A stretch of 64,000 nucleotides of DNA from Octopus sinensis (Eukaryota). The stretch covers positions 13,082,001 through 13,146,000 of the forward strand of contig NC_043025.1 of the NCBI RefSeq assembly GCF_006345805.1, read 5' to 3'. A program made the translations under genes and the position numbers. Below are positions 26,111-37,920 of this stretch, piece after piece. Positions within the stretch are counted from its first letter, which is position 1; each line of letters starts with the position of its first letter. Below the pieces are notes generated by a model. That model was not told where the DNA came from. It made no database searches and saw only the letters and a list, made by a program, of their open reading frames with translations.

Positions 26111-28514
26111 ATGACTAGATATGCAACTATATATATGCGAATGCATACATAAAATAAAACATACAAATCCGCACATATACATACAATACATGCATACGTT
26201 TACAAAGTCAGAAAAGAGCACAGTTCCTTCCATGACTTCAGGAAACATTTTTTCACGCATCTATCTGACTCGTACATTGTTCGCTTCCCAGACATTTGTA
26301 CACCACTGCAGATGCTTTATACGCACTTTGGACAAGTTGTGGGGTACCTGAGCACTGTATACAACAATTTCATTAATATACATGTGTGTATGTATGCGCA
26401 ATAAAACGTAATGGCCTTACCTTATAACTTTTCGTTGGGAGTCCTCGTCAGAAAACTTCAGCAGGTTGCCCATTGACAACCAAATATATATATATTTTCC
26501 TTTCTTCACTATTTGTTAAACTCTCTGGCTCCGTCTCTGCCACCTGACATCAATACAGGACAGACTTCTACTTAAAAACATAATTAAAGGTAAAGTTCCA
26601 TGAGGGTGTACCAAACACGAAGTTCTGCGAGCAACAGACTTCCTTCCAATAAATGTTTGTTTCAGTTTTCGGCACTGACCCTGACGTCACTTCCTCTTGG
26701 TCATTATCGATTTGGGGGGGTCGATAAACGGGGTCAGATTAAACTAGGTCAAATGCAAGTTTAGCGCACCAAACGAAAATGCTCAGAAGTACTCCGACCG
26801 CAAAGACGTCCCGGGGAAGCGAACCTCCCCAGGACGTCACGGCGGACGAAATACAACTAAGCATTCCGTCCGACGCGCTAAACGACCGGGCCAGCTTACA
26901 ACACTGAAAAATTGTGTAAAAAATGACATATTTAAGTTTAAAAAAAAAAGAAGAAAAATTGAAGGTTGTCCGTGGAACTAGACATAAGAGACATTCTACC
27001 ATTATTCCCACAACATCCTAGAACTTTTTCTCTCAAAATGGGTTTTTTTTCTTCAACCCAGTTTTGCTTTCGCTTCTATTCAAAGCAAAATGCTTTTGCA
27101 TCCAGACTCCCCTAAAAACTGCCGGCATCAGTTGTTGGTTGTCGGAGCACTGCATCCTTCAAAACTTCCTAAGATTCGCCAACACTACACCTGATCTTCT
27201 CCTCCCCTCCATACACACAAGCAAGTATCTATCTGACTCATACACTGTTTACTTCCCAGACATTTCTACATATGCTTTATACGCACTTTGGACAAGTTGT
27301 GGGGCACCTGATCACTGGATACAATAATTTCATTATTATCTCGCCAACACCAAGAGATCAAGCGAAAAAGGCAGATAGCAAAGTGGTTAAAGGGGAATAA
27401 CTTTAAAAGACTTTGATTAAATTGTTATATTTCGGGAGGCCCCACCTCACATTTTCCTTTTGCCAAATAAACTCAATCGCTATACATTCGTTCTTCAATT
27501 CAGATTGTTCTTATTTTATGACCATTGTCTGATAATTCTTTCGTCACACATCCTGTGACCTCTTCAGCGACTCTCCATCTCACGTCTCCCCCTGAAAGGG
27601 TTACATATTGTGTGATGAAAGATTTCCAAGCAAATGACATAAAATGAGAACCTCAATCAATCTGAAGTGAAGAGCGAATGTACAGTGCGTGTGTTGTTTT
27701 AACAAGAACAAAATGACCGTCCCAAAATATAACAATATCTGTTTCGACACACGATTTCAGATCAGGAATCTTGCAAAACAATAAATTGACGTAACTTTGA
27801 TTAAATTTTTTATTAATAGAAAATGTTGTGATCCCAGAACAGAATCTGGGCTAATCCGGCTTATCCTGAGATTATCCAACATCTGGACTGGCCTGTGTTG
27901 AGGCTACCATCCATAGTGGCTTAGCCACTATCCACTGGTCATAGAGCTAGCCACTATCCACTCTTATTTGGCTCGGTTTCTACAATTGGATGCCCTTCCT
28001 AACACCTGTGGTGGGTGCTTTTGGTGTGGCACCAGCACAAGTTCTTTTATGTGGCACCGGCACAAGTGCCTTTTATATGGCAACACAGGACTCTTGAAGG
28101 CCAATTCTTACCAGCAGGGGGGGGGCTGGTCTTAACCCTTCTGCTGTGGAGTATGGATCTTCTTGAGTATAGCAAGGCACCAAGCATCACGGTCCTTTGT
28201 CAACCAACCTGAAAGGTTCACTGTCCTGAGGTCGTCCATCAGTACTGTCCCACGTCTACCTGGGACTCCCACTTTGTTACAGAGCTCTCAGCATCCATCC
28301 ACATCACATGGCCAAACCATCAGAGTCTTCTCACTTTCACGCAGCATCTATTTCCTCTGATGCCTAACTTCTCTCTCGGAACGCTAGCACTCTGTCGAGC
28401 ATGTCCAGAAATGCACTTCAAGACCCACCGTTCCAAAACACAATTTTTTTCTTTTCTCTTGAAAGTTCCTGAAATTCTTATGAATCAATTCACACAAAAA
28501 TGTACAGATCCCTG

Positions 28515-29120
28515 TCGTCGTCATCATCATCGTTTAACGTCCGTTTTCCATGCTAGCATGGGTTAGACCGGGGTCTGGGAAGCCAGAAGGCTGTGCCAGG
28601 CTCCAGTCTGATCTGGCAATGTTTCTACAGCTGGATGCTCTTCCTAACGCCAACCACTCCATGAGTGTAGTGGGTGCTTTCTACGTGCGACCTTCACAGG
28701 TGCCAGAGGAGTCTGGCAACGGCTACGATCGGTTGGTGCTTTTTACGTGCCACCGGCACGGAAGCCAGTCAAGGTGGCGCTGGCATCGGCCACATTTGGA
28801 TGGTGCTTTTTATGTGCCACCTGCACAGGCATTACAGCTACAATTTCCATTTGGTATTTATTTTGATGTTGATGTACTTGATTCAATAGGTCTCCTCAAG
28901 CACAGCAGGTCACCCTACGATCCGAGGTAAGCACAGCAGGCCGTTCTGCGATCCAAGGTACTTTCGATGGGCTGGGGCTTCTATGTGAAGCTGGTGCAGG
29001 AAGCAACCATGAACTCACGTTATTTGTCGGGTCTTCACAGTCACAGCATATCTCCAGAGGTCTTGGTCTTTCGTCATTGCCTCTGTGAGGCCCAACATTC
29101 GAAGGTCATGCTTGACCAAT
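28515..29120 (-). mobile_element. RTE LINE 3' fragment
   Basis: Reverse complement of the 6232-6740 type, with a (CAT)n tail at the left end. Confidence 0.85.
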
Positions 29121-29394
29121 GTCCTTGTATTTTATTTAATTATTGAAGTAAAGTAAAACACAGGCTTAGAGTGTGTTAATCAAGGTGGCCACCTCTGCTT
29201 TGGAATGATCAGCAATCTGGAAAGGCTTGGATGTGTGGTAAGAAGCTTGTTTCTCAACCACAAGGTCCCAGGTTCAGTCCCACTGCGTGGCACCTTGGGT
29301 AAGTGTCTTCTACTATAGCCTCGGGCCGACCAAAGCCATATGAGTGGATTTGGTAGACGGAAACTGAAAGAAGCCCGTCGCATATATAGGAGAA

Positions 29395-29746
29395 GCACTC
29401 CGTTGATTACGACGACGAGGGTTCCGGTTGATCCGAATCAACGGAACAGCCTGCTCGTGAAATTAACGTGTAAGTGGCTGAGCACTCCAAAGACACGTGT
29501 ACCCTTAACGTAGTTCTCGGGGATATTCAGTGTGACAAGGCCGGCCCTTTGAAATACGGGTACAACAGAGACAGGAAGTAAGAGTGAGAGAAAGTTGTGG
29601 TTAAGGAGTACAGCAGGGATCACCACCATCCCCTGCCGGAGCCTCGTGGAGCTTTTAGGTGTTTTCGCTCAATAAACACTCACAACGCCCGGTCTGGGAA
29701 TCGAAACCGCGAGTCCGCTGCCCTAACCACTGGGCCATTGCGCCTC
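29395..29746 (-). mobile_element. SINE family 2 with tail A
   Basis: Family 2 head (29746-29570) joined to a tail containing GAGAACTACGTTAAGGGTACACGTG and a GTTCCG-TTGAT...ATCAAC-CGGAAC stem-loop. Confidence 0.8.
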
Positions 29747-29878
29747 CCGCATATATATATGTATCTGTGTGTCATCATCATCATTTAATGTCCCTTTTCA
29801 GCCTCTCCTGCGCCTATACCTGTATTAAAAATTGGAAAAAAGAAAAACAAACAAAAATACCCCAATAAATTCTAAAAA

Positions 29879-29884
29879 TTTATT
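29879..29884 (-). terminator. Candidate poly(A) signal of the FABP gene
   Basis: AATAAA on the minus strand about 240 nt after the stop codon, followed by a U/GU-rich tract (GGGGTATTTTTGTTTGTTTTTC). Confidence 0.6.
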
Positions 29885-30121
29885 AAAAACGTTGTCCCCT
29901 TTTCCCCTTCAGATGAGGGTGGCCCCGTCAGATGTATGGGTAATTCGTTGGTTAAATAACTTCAGCAACAAAGGGGAAGGGGACACGGGAGGTTGGGAAG
30001 CATTTGGTATAAAAAGGAAAAAAAACGAGTAAAAAAAAAATTTCTCCAAAATTCTGTATAAAAAAAACAATTGTTCAGCTCCACCTCATGCCACCCAGGG
30101 TGTGTACAGGGTGGCACATTT

Positions 30122-30175
30122 TTATTCGGTAGGTTTGTAGACTCTTGTGCATACTACATCTTGCACGGTTAGGAC
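30122..30175 (-). CDS. FABP: FABP-family lipid-binding protein, exon 4 (54 nt incl. stop): VLTVQDVVCTRVYKPTE*
   Basis: Acceptor ttcttcttctccAG, phase 0, contains R126 and Y128, ends in TAA. Confidence 0.95.
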   Translation of the reverse strand, partial: VLTVQDVVCTRVYKPTE

Positions 30176-30500
30176 CTGGAGAAGAAGAAGAAAAGAAAGA
30201 AAGAGAATTATATAAGATATTGGTTTCCAATTTTGGCACAAGGCCAGCAATTTGGGGGGAGTTGAGGACAAGACAATTACATTGACCCCAGTATTTAACT
30301 GGTACTCGTTTTATCGACCCCGAAAGAAAGAAAAGTAAAGTTAGCCTTGGTGGAATTTGAACTGAGAACGTAAAGTCGGACGAAATACTGCTAAGCATTT
30401 TGACTGACGTGCTAACGATTCTGTTAGATCTCTGCCTTAGAATTAATTAAATAGGATAATTAAATAGGATATTTAAGACAAGTTTGAGAGGAATCATTAA

Positions 30501-30906
30501 TATAGGCGCAGGAGTGGCTGCGTGGTAAGTAGCTTGCTAACCAACCACATGGTTCTGGGTTCAGTCCCACTGCGTGGCACCTTGGGCAAGTGTCTTCTAC
30601 TATAGCCCCGGGCCGACCAAAGCCTTGTGAGTGGATTTGGTAGACGGAAACTCAAAGAAGCCTGTCGTATATATGTATATATATGTATATGTGTGTGCGT
30701 GTGTGTTTGTCCCCCTAGCATTGCTTGACAACCGATGCTGGTGTGTTCACGTCCTCGTCACTTAGCGGTTCGGCAAAAGAGACCGATAGAATAAGTACTG
30801 GGCTTACAAAAAATAAGTCCTGGGGTTGAGTTGCTCGACTAAAGGCAGTGCTCCAGCATGGCCTCAGTCAAATGACTGAAACAAGTAAAAGAGAGAGTAA
30901 AGAGTA
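30501..30906 (+). mobile_element. SINE family 1, full length, in FABP intron 3 (antisense to the gene)
   Basis: Family match. A family 3 fragment lies at 30270-30440. Confidence 0.9.
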
Positions 30907-31034
30907 TAGATTTTGCAATTAATTAAGATAGATCTGAGAGTAGCTATTAAATTTAATTACTTTTCAAGTTAATATAAAACACCCAACTAATTTCAAACTC
31001 ATATCAACCAATGTATTGCGAGTGAATTTATGAG

Positions 31035-31890
31035 ATTTCCTGATCCCTTAAAGCAGTTTTTTCTAATCCCTTTAAAGCAGTCTTTTTCAATCTCTTTAAA
31101 CCAGTTTTTTTTTTGGTCCCTTAAAACAGTCTTTCAAATCTCTATAGCATTATTTTCTGGTCCCTTGACAGCAGTTCTTATTTTTTTTAAAATCCCTGAG
31201 AGCAATTTTTCTAACCCCCATAATGCATTTTCTGATCCCTGAAAACAGTCTTTCAATTCTCTAAAGCATTATTTTCTGGTCCCTCGAAAGCAGCCTTTTT
31301 TAAAACAAAAGTCCCTGAGAGCAATTTTTCTAACCCCTTTTAATGCATTTTCTGATCCCTTAAAATCAGTTTTTCTGGTCCCTTAAAAGTCTTTGAAATC
31401 TCTAAAGCATTATTTTCTGGTCCCTTGAAAGCATTTTTTAAAAAAATCCCTGAGAGCAATTTTTCTAACCCCCTTTAATGCATTTTCTGATCCCTTAAAA
31501 GTAGTTTTTCTGATCCCTTAAAAGTCTTTCAAATCTCTAAAGCATTATTTTCTTTTCTGTTGAAAGCATTTTTTTAAAAAATCCCTGAGAGCAATTTTTC
31601 TAACCTTTTTAAATGCATTTTCTGATCCCTTAAAAGCAGTTTTTCTGGTCCCTTAAAAGCAGGTTTTCTGGTCCCTTAAAACAGTCTTTCAAACCTCTAA
31701 AGCATTATTTTCTGGTCCCTTGAAAGCAGTTTTTTTTTTAAAACAAAATTCCTGAGAGCAATTTTTCTAACCCTTTTTAATACATTTTCTGATCCCTTAA
31801 AAGCAGGTTTTCTGGTCCCTTAAAAACAGTCTTTCTAATCCCTTTAAAGCAGTTTTCTTCTGGTCCCTCACAACAATTTCTTCTAACCCC
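31035..31890. repeat. Minisatellite with ~22 bp monomers organised in 120-165 bp higher-order repeats (FABP intron 3)
   Basis: Monomer about AAAGCAGTTTTTCTG(A/G)TCCCTT; marker TGAGAGCAATTTTTCTAACC recurs at about 31198, 31317, 31451, 31587 and 31753. Confidence 0.9.
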
Positions 31891-31935
31891 TCAAAAGAAT
31901 GGATTTTCAGTAAAGGATTCGTTCCAGACACTCAC

Positions 31936-32034
31936 CATCACCATTTTGCCATCTTTCAGTTCCCTCTTTAGTACGCTGTCGAATGTCCCTTTCTGGTCTT
32001 GGATCAGGGTATTGCCATCAATTGTGCAGGTCGT
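31936..32034 (-). CDS. FABP: FABP exon 3 (99 nt): TTCTIDGNTLIQDQKGTFDSVLKRELKDGKMVM
   Basis: Phase 0/0, donor GTGAGT, contains R106. The acceptor is an atypical gtgagtgaAG. Confidence 0.93.
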
Positions 32035-32109
32035 CTTCACTCACAAAGGAATTTTAAAAAGAAACAGGAAAAAAAGAATTAATTAATTATCACTCATTAC
32101 CAACATCAT

Positions 32110-33617
32110 CATCATCGTTACCATCTACAAGAGAAAGAGAGAGTTGGAAGGGGAGAGAGAGAGTTGGAAGGGGAGAGAGAGAGTTGGAAGGGGAGAGAGA
32201 GAGAGTTGGAAGGGGAGAGAGAGAGAGGAAGAGAGATAGACTCATAGAGGAACATAGGGAGAGACTGAATGAAAAAGGGAGAGGAAGTAAGAGGTTTCAA
32301 GATGAGAATAGAGAGAGAGAGAGAGAGAGGAGAGAGAAAGGGACAGAGAAAGAGAGAGTTGGAAGGGGAGAGAGAGAGAAAGAAAGAGAGATAGACTCAT
32401 AGAGGAACATAGAGAGAGATAGGATGAGAAAGAGGGAGGAAGTAAGAGACTCTAAGATGAGAATAGAGAGAGAGAGAAAGAAAGAGAGATAGACTCATAG
32501 AGGAATAAAGAGATAGATGAAATGAGAAAGAGAGAGTTGGGTGGGGAGAAAGTTAGACTCCAAGATGAAAATAGAGAGGGGGGAGAGAGAGAGAAAGAAG
32601 TAGATGGAAGGAGAGAGATAGGCTCATAGAGGAACATAGGGAGAGATGGAATGAGAAAGAGAGAGGAAGTTAGAGACTCTATGATGAGAATAGAGAGAGA
32701 GAGAAAGAAAGAGAGATAGACTCATAGAGGAATAAAGAGATAGATGAAATGAGAAAGAGAGAATTGGGTGGGGAGAAAGTTAGACTCCAAGATGAAAATA
32801 GAGAGGGGGAGAGAGAGAGAAAGAAGTAGATGGAAGGAGAGAGATAGGCTCATAGAGGAACATAGGGAGAGATGGAATGAGAAAGAGAGAGGAAGTTAGA
32901 GACTCAATGATGAGAATAGAGAGAGAGAGAAAGAAAGACAGAAAGAGAGAGTTTGAAGGGGAGAGAAAAAGTTATAAACTCCAAGATGAAAATAGAGAGA
33001 GAAAGATACACATAGAGGAACACAGAGAGAGAGAGGGAGGGAGAGTAGATGGAAGGAGAGATAGACTCATAGAGGAACATAGAGAGAGACGGAATGAAAA
33101 AGAGAGAGGAAGTTAGAGACTCCAAGATGAGAGAGGGAAGTAGATGGAAGGAGAGAGAAAGAGAGAGTTGGAAGGGGAGAGAGAGAGTTAGACTCCAAGA
33201 TTACAATAAGAGAAGAAAGAGAGAGAGAGAAAGAAAGAGATGGAAGGAGAGAGTAAGATATACATAGAGGAACATAGAGAGAGATGGATGATAAAGTGTG
33301 GAGTTGGAAGGGGAGATGAAATAGAGAGAGAGAAAGAGAGATAGAGAAAGAGAGAGAGAGAGAGAAAGAGAGAGAAAGGAGATAAAAAGAGAGAGAGAAA
33401 GAAAGAGATGGAAGAGAGAGTAAGATACATAAGGAACATAGAGAGAGATGGAATGAGAAAGTGGAGTTGAAGGGGAAGAGAAGATAGAGAGAGAAGAGAG
33501 AGAGAAGAAGAAGAGAGAGAAGAGGAGAGAGAGAAAGAGAGATGAAAGGAGAGAGTAGATATACATAGAGTAACATAGAGAGAGATGGAATGAGAAGTGA
33601 GTTGGAAGGGAGAGAGA

Positions 33618-33674
<57 letters not shown>

Positions 33675-33774
33675 AGAAAGAGATGGAATAGAGAGTAAGC
33701 TATACATGAGGAACATAGAAGAGATGAATTAAGAAAGTGGGAGTTGGAAAGGGAGAGAGAAAGAGAGAGAGAAA

Positions 33775-33832
<58 letters not shown>

Positions 33833-33909
33833 AGAGATGGAAGGAGAGAGTAAGATATACATAGAGGAACATAGAGAGAGATGGAATGAGAAAGTGGGAG
33901 TTGGAAGGG

Positions 33910-33973
<64 letters not shown>

Positions 33974-34064
33974 AAGAAAGAGATGGAAGGAGAGAGTAAG
34001 ATATACATAGAGGAACATAGAGAGAGATGGAATGAGAAAGAGGGAGTTGGAAGGGGAGAGAGAA

Positions 34065-34112
<48 letters not shown>

Positions 34113-34880
34113 GAGAGAAAAAAGACAGAGAGATAAGAAAGAGAGGAGAGAAAGGAGAGAGAGAAAGAGAGAGAGAGAGAGAGAAAGAGAAGAGAGAAGA
34201 GAGAGAAAGAGAGAGAGAAAAGAAGAGATGGAAGAGAGAGTAAGATATACATAGAGAACATAGAGAGAATGGAATGAGAACGTGGGAGTTGGAAGGGGAG
34301 AGAGAAAGAGAGAGAGAGAAAGAGAGAAGAGAGAGAGAAGAGAGATAAAGAGAGAGAGAGAAAGAGATATGGAAGGAGTAGATTAAGATATACATAGAGG
34401 ACATAGAGAGAGATGAATGAGAAGAGGGAGTTGGAAGGGAGAGAGAAAGAGAGAGAGAGAAGAAGAGAGAGAGAGATAAAGAAGAGAGAAAAGAGAGCGA
34501 AAAGAGACAGAGAGAAAAGAGAGAGAGAAAGAGAGAGATAGAATAGAGAGAGAGAAAGAGATATAGAGAGATAAAGAGAGAGAGAAAGAGAAGAAAGAGA
34601 GAGAGAGAAAGAGAGATAGAGAAATAGAGAGAGAGATAGAGAGAATGAAATAGAGAAATAGATATAAGAGATATAAAAGAGAGAGAGAGAAGAGAGAGAA
34701 AAGAGAGAGAGAATAGAGAGAGAGAGAAAGATAGAATAGAGAGAGAAGAGAGAGAGAGAGAAAAGAGAGAGAAAAAGAGAGAAAAGAAGAGAGAGAAAGA
34801 GAGAGAGAGAAGAGAGATAGAGATAGAAGAAATATAGAGAAAGAGGAGAGAAAAAGAGAGAGAGAGAAAGAGAGAGAGAC

Positions 34881-34920
<40 letters not shown>

Positions 34921-34953
34921 GAGAAAAAGAGACAGAGAGAAAGAGAGAGAGAG
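32110..34953. repeat. 2.8 kb (GA)-rich homopurine/homopyrimidine satellite filling FABP intron 2
   Basis: Almost pure A/G on the plus strand, with recurring GAGTTGGAAGGGGAGAG and AGAT(A/AG)-CATAGAGGAACATAGAGAGAGATGGAATGAGAAAG blocks. Confidence 0.95.
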
Positions 34954-34968
34954 CCGTTAATGCCTTAC

Positions 34969-35141
34969 TTTCACTTTCCTCCCATCGGCCGTTGTCTCCT
35001 CAAATTCTTCCCCGATTTTGAAAGTGATCTCCGTCGTTTTAAACGTTGTCGATGTCTTGATGTACCACTCATCCCCGTTGACCCTTATTTCTTGGGTGGG
35101 GACAGCTGCCTTGGCCATTGTGCGGGTTATTATGTTGACCC
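34969..35141 (-). CDS. FABP: FABP exon 2 (173 nt): (G)[57 protein letters not shown]
   Basis: Acceptor ttattctgacAG, donor GTAAGG, phase 1 to 0. The 173 nt length and TFK...[17 protein letters not shown] are FABP hallmarks. Confidence 0.97.
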
Positions 35142-35557
35142 CTGTCAGAATAAAAAGAGAAAAAAAGAAAAAACACAGAATTTAGTCTTGGGGACAATTA
35201 TTATGGTGGTGATGATGATGACGATGATGGTGGTGGAGAATTTGAGCCCTAGGTCAACCATTGCCGAGCAACCATGATCATCTCTGCCTTTTTTTGCAAG
35301 GAGTTATCTTTTCTTTTATTTTTCACTTGCTCCTGTCATTGGACTGTGGCCAGGCTGGGGCCCCACCTTGAAGGGTTGAGTCCAAATAGACAAACAAATC
35401 AACACCCAAGACTTATTATTTTCTTTTAAAGCCTGGAATTTCTTCTATCATACACACACATACATGCTGCAGGTTTCAGCACAATCTCCTCTATCAAATT
35501 TAACACTCAGAATATTTTACTTTACACTTATCTTAGAGAATGAAACCAGCCTTCTCC

Positions 35558-36525
35558 ACCCTTTCATTACCATATTTATTTTGAGATGCTCCGCGTATCT
35601 TTCAATTACTTTAAATATAACAAAGAATTTAGTAAAATAACTTCGTTATCATTAAGCTAGTGTTAGGAACATAAATTGTGACTAAGGTTTGGTGGAAGAT
35701 TTTAATTCAGAACTTATGAAAACAAGACATTTGTACTACAGAGCCAGAGGTGGTTTCAGCCAGGTTGGTATCAAAAGGGTTAAGAATTGTTTCTCTATTA
35801 TATATCTTAACCCTTTTGTTACCAGATTTCTGTTGAGATGCTCTGTGTTTCTTTCAATTAATTTTAAATATAACAAAGAATTTAGTCAAATAACTTAGTT
35901 ATCATTAAGCTAGTGTTAGGAACATAAATTGTGACTAAGGTTTGGTGGAAGATTTCAATTCAAAACTTATGAAAACAAGACATTTGTACTACAGAGCCAG
36001 GTTGGTATCAAAAGGGTTAAGATTGATTCTCTATTATATATCTTAACCCTTTTGTTACCATATTTCTGTTGAGATGCTCTGTGTTTTCTTTCAATTAATT
36101 TTAAATATAACAAAGAATTTAGTCAAATAACTTAGTTATCATTAAGCTAGTGTTAGGAACATAAATTGTGACTAAGGTTTGGTGGAAGATTTCAATTCAA
36201 AACTTATGAAAACAAGACATTTGTACTACAGAGCCAGAGGTGGTTTCAGCCAGGTTGGTATCAAAAGGGTTAAGAATTGTTTCTCTATTATATATCTTAA
36301 CCCTTCTGTTACCATATTTCTGTTGAGATGCTCTGTGTTTCTTTCAATTAATTTTAAATATAACAAAGAATTTAGTCAAATAACTTCGTTATCATTAAGC
36401 TAGTGTTAGGAACATAAATTGTGACTAAGGTTTGGTGGAAGATTTCAATTCAAAACTTATGAAAACAAGACATTTGTACTCAGAGCCAGAGGTGGTTTCA
36501 ACCAGGTTGGTATCAAAAGGGTTAA
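35558..36525 (+). mobile_element. Tandem array of four TTAA-flanked piggyBac-like MITE units
   Basis: Units are bounded by TTAA-CCCTTTTGTTACC ... GGTATCAAAAGGG-TTAA and separated by a ~23 bp spacer. Confidence 0.85.
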
Positions 36526-36654
36526 GCACATAACCATCACTGCAACATCTAATATGTGTGTGTATATACATATACATATATTTATATACCTATACATACA
36601 TATATATACTGGATATGTTGGTATATATATATATACATACATACATACATATAT

Positions 36655-36972
36655 TTTTTTATTTGTTCAAGTCATTTGACTCCAACCATGCTGGAGCACC
36701 GCCTTTAGTCGAGCAAATCAACCCCAGGACTTATTCTCTGTAAACCTAGTACTTATTCTATCGGTCACTCTTGCTGAACTGCTAAGTGACGGGGACGTAA
36801 ACACACCAACATCGGTTGTCAAGCGATGGTGGTGGTGGGGAACAAACACAAACACTCCCCCCCCACACACACAGACATATATATTCCACGTGATTCTTTC
36901 AGTTTCCTTCTACCAAATCCAGTCACAAGGCTTTGGTTGTCCCAGGGCTATAATAGAAAACACTTGCCCAAA
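36655..36972 (-). mobile_element. SINE family 1 (head-truncated) in FABP intron 1
   Basis: Family match, sense to the gene. Confidence 0.85.
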
Positions 36973-37234
36973 AAAAAGAGAGAGAGAGAGAGCATCTTAT
37001 TCCTCCCTCTCACCCTCGCTCCACCCCCACCCGTGCTGTAAACAACAATACCCTCTTGTTTAGCTTTGGGGTACCATCACCACTGCGGCTGCCAGCACCA
37101 TCTTCCTTTTTTTTTTCTCTCTTTTATCACAACTTTCTCCCCACATGAACTTTCAACACTTTCACCCCATCACCCACCCCGTAAACGCAGCAGCACCCAT
37201 ACTCTCTCTCTCTCTCTCTGTATTTGTCTCCTTA

Positions 37235-37920
37235 CAAGCACTGCTGTCACTACTATTACTACCATCATCACCACCACCATCACCATCATCATTAATATCA
37301 TCGTTAACACTCCCCTATCACACATCACTACCACCACCACTACCATCATCACTATCATCACTACCATCATCACCATCGGTACCCTCCCCCATCACTACCC
37401 TCATCATCAACTCCATCATTACCCCTCCCATCACACATCTCTACCACCATCACCATCATCATTAATATCATCGTTAACCCTCTCCTATCACACATCACTA
37501 CCATCACCACCACCACCACCACTACCATTAACACCATCATTACCCCCCCCCGCCCTCATCACACATCACTACCCCACCCCCCATCCTTACCAGCACCACC
37601 ACCACAACCACCACCACCATCATTAATATCATCGTTAACCCTCCCCTATCACACATCACTACCATCACCATCACCATCACCACCACCATCACTACCCCCC
37701 ATCACTACCCCCCCATCACACATCACTACCCCCCATCACTACCAGCACCACCACAACCACCACCACCATCATCATTAATATCATGGTTAACCCTCCCCCA
37801 TCACACATCACCACCACCATCACTACCCCCCATCACCACCACCATCACTACCCCCATCACCATCACACATCACTACCCCCCATCACTACCACAACCACTA
37901 CCACCACCACCACCAACAAC
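37235..37920. repeat. (CAC/CAT)-rich low-complexity tract with four 150-170 bp higher-order units
   Basis: CATCATTAATATCAT(C/G)GTTAAC(A/C)CTC recurs at about 37287, 37457, 37618 and 37771. Confidence 0.85.

Noticed and set aside
33188-34882. 564-aa S/L/F-rich ORF, the longest in the window
   Set aside because: It is stop-free only because the strand is nearly pure C/T. It lies inside FABP intron 2 and has no domain signal.
35689-36403. Repeated ORFs MVEDFNS.LMKTRHLYY (also 56341-56544) that look like a small gene family
   Set aside because: They are incidental frames across MITE units and start at non-ATG codons.
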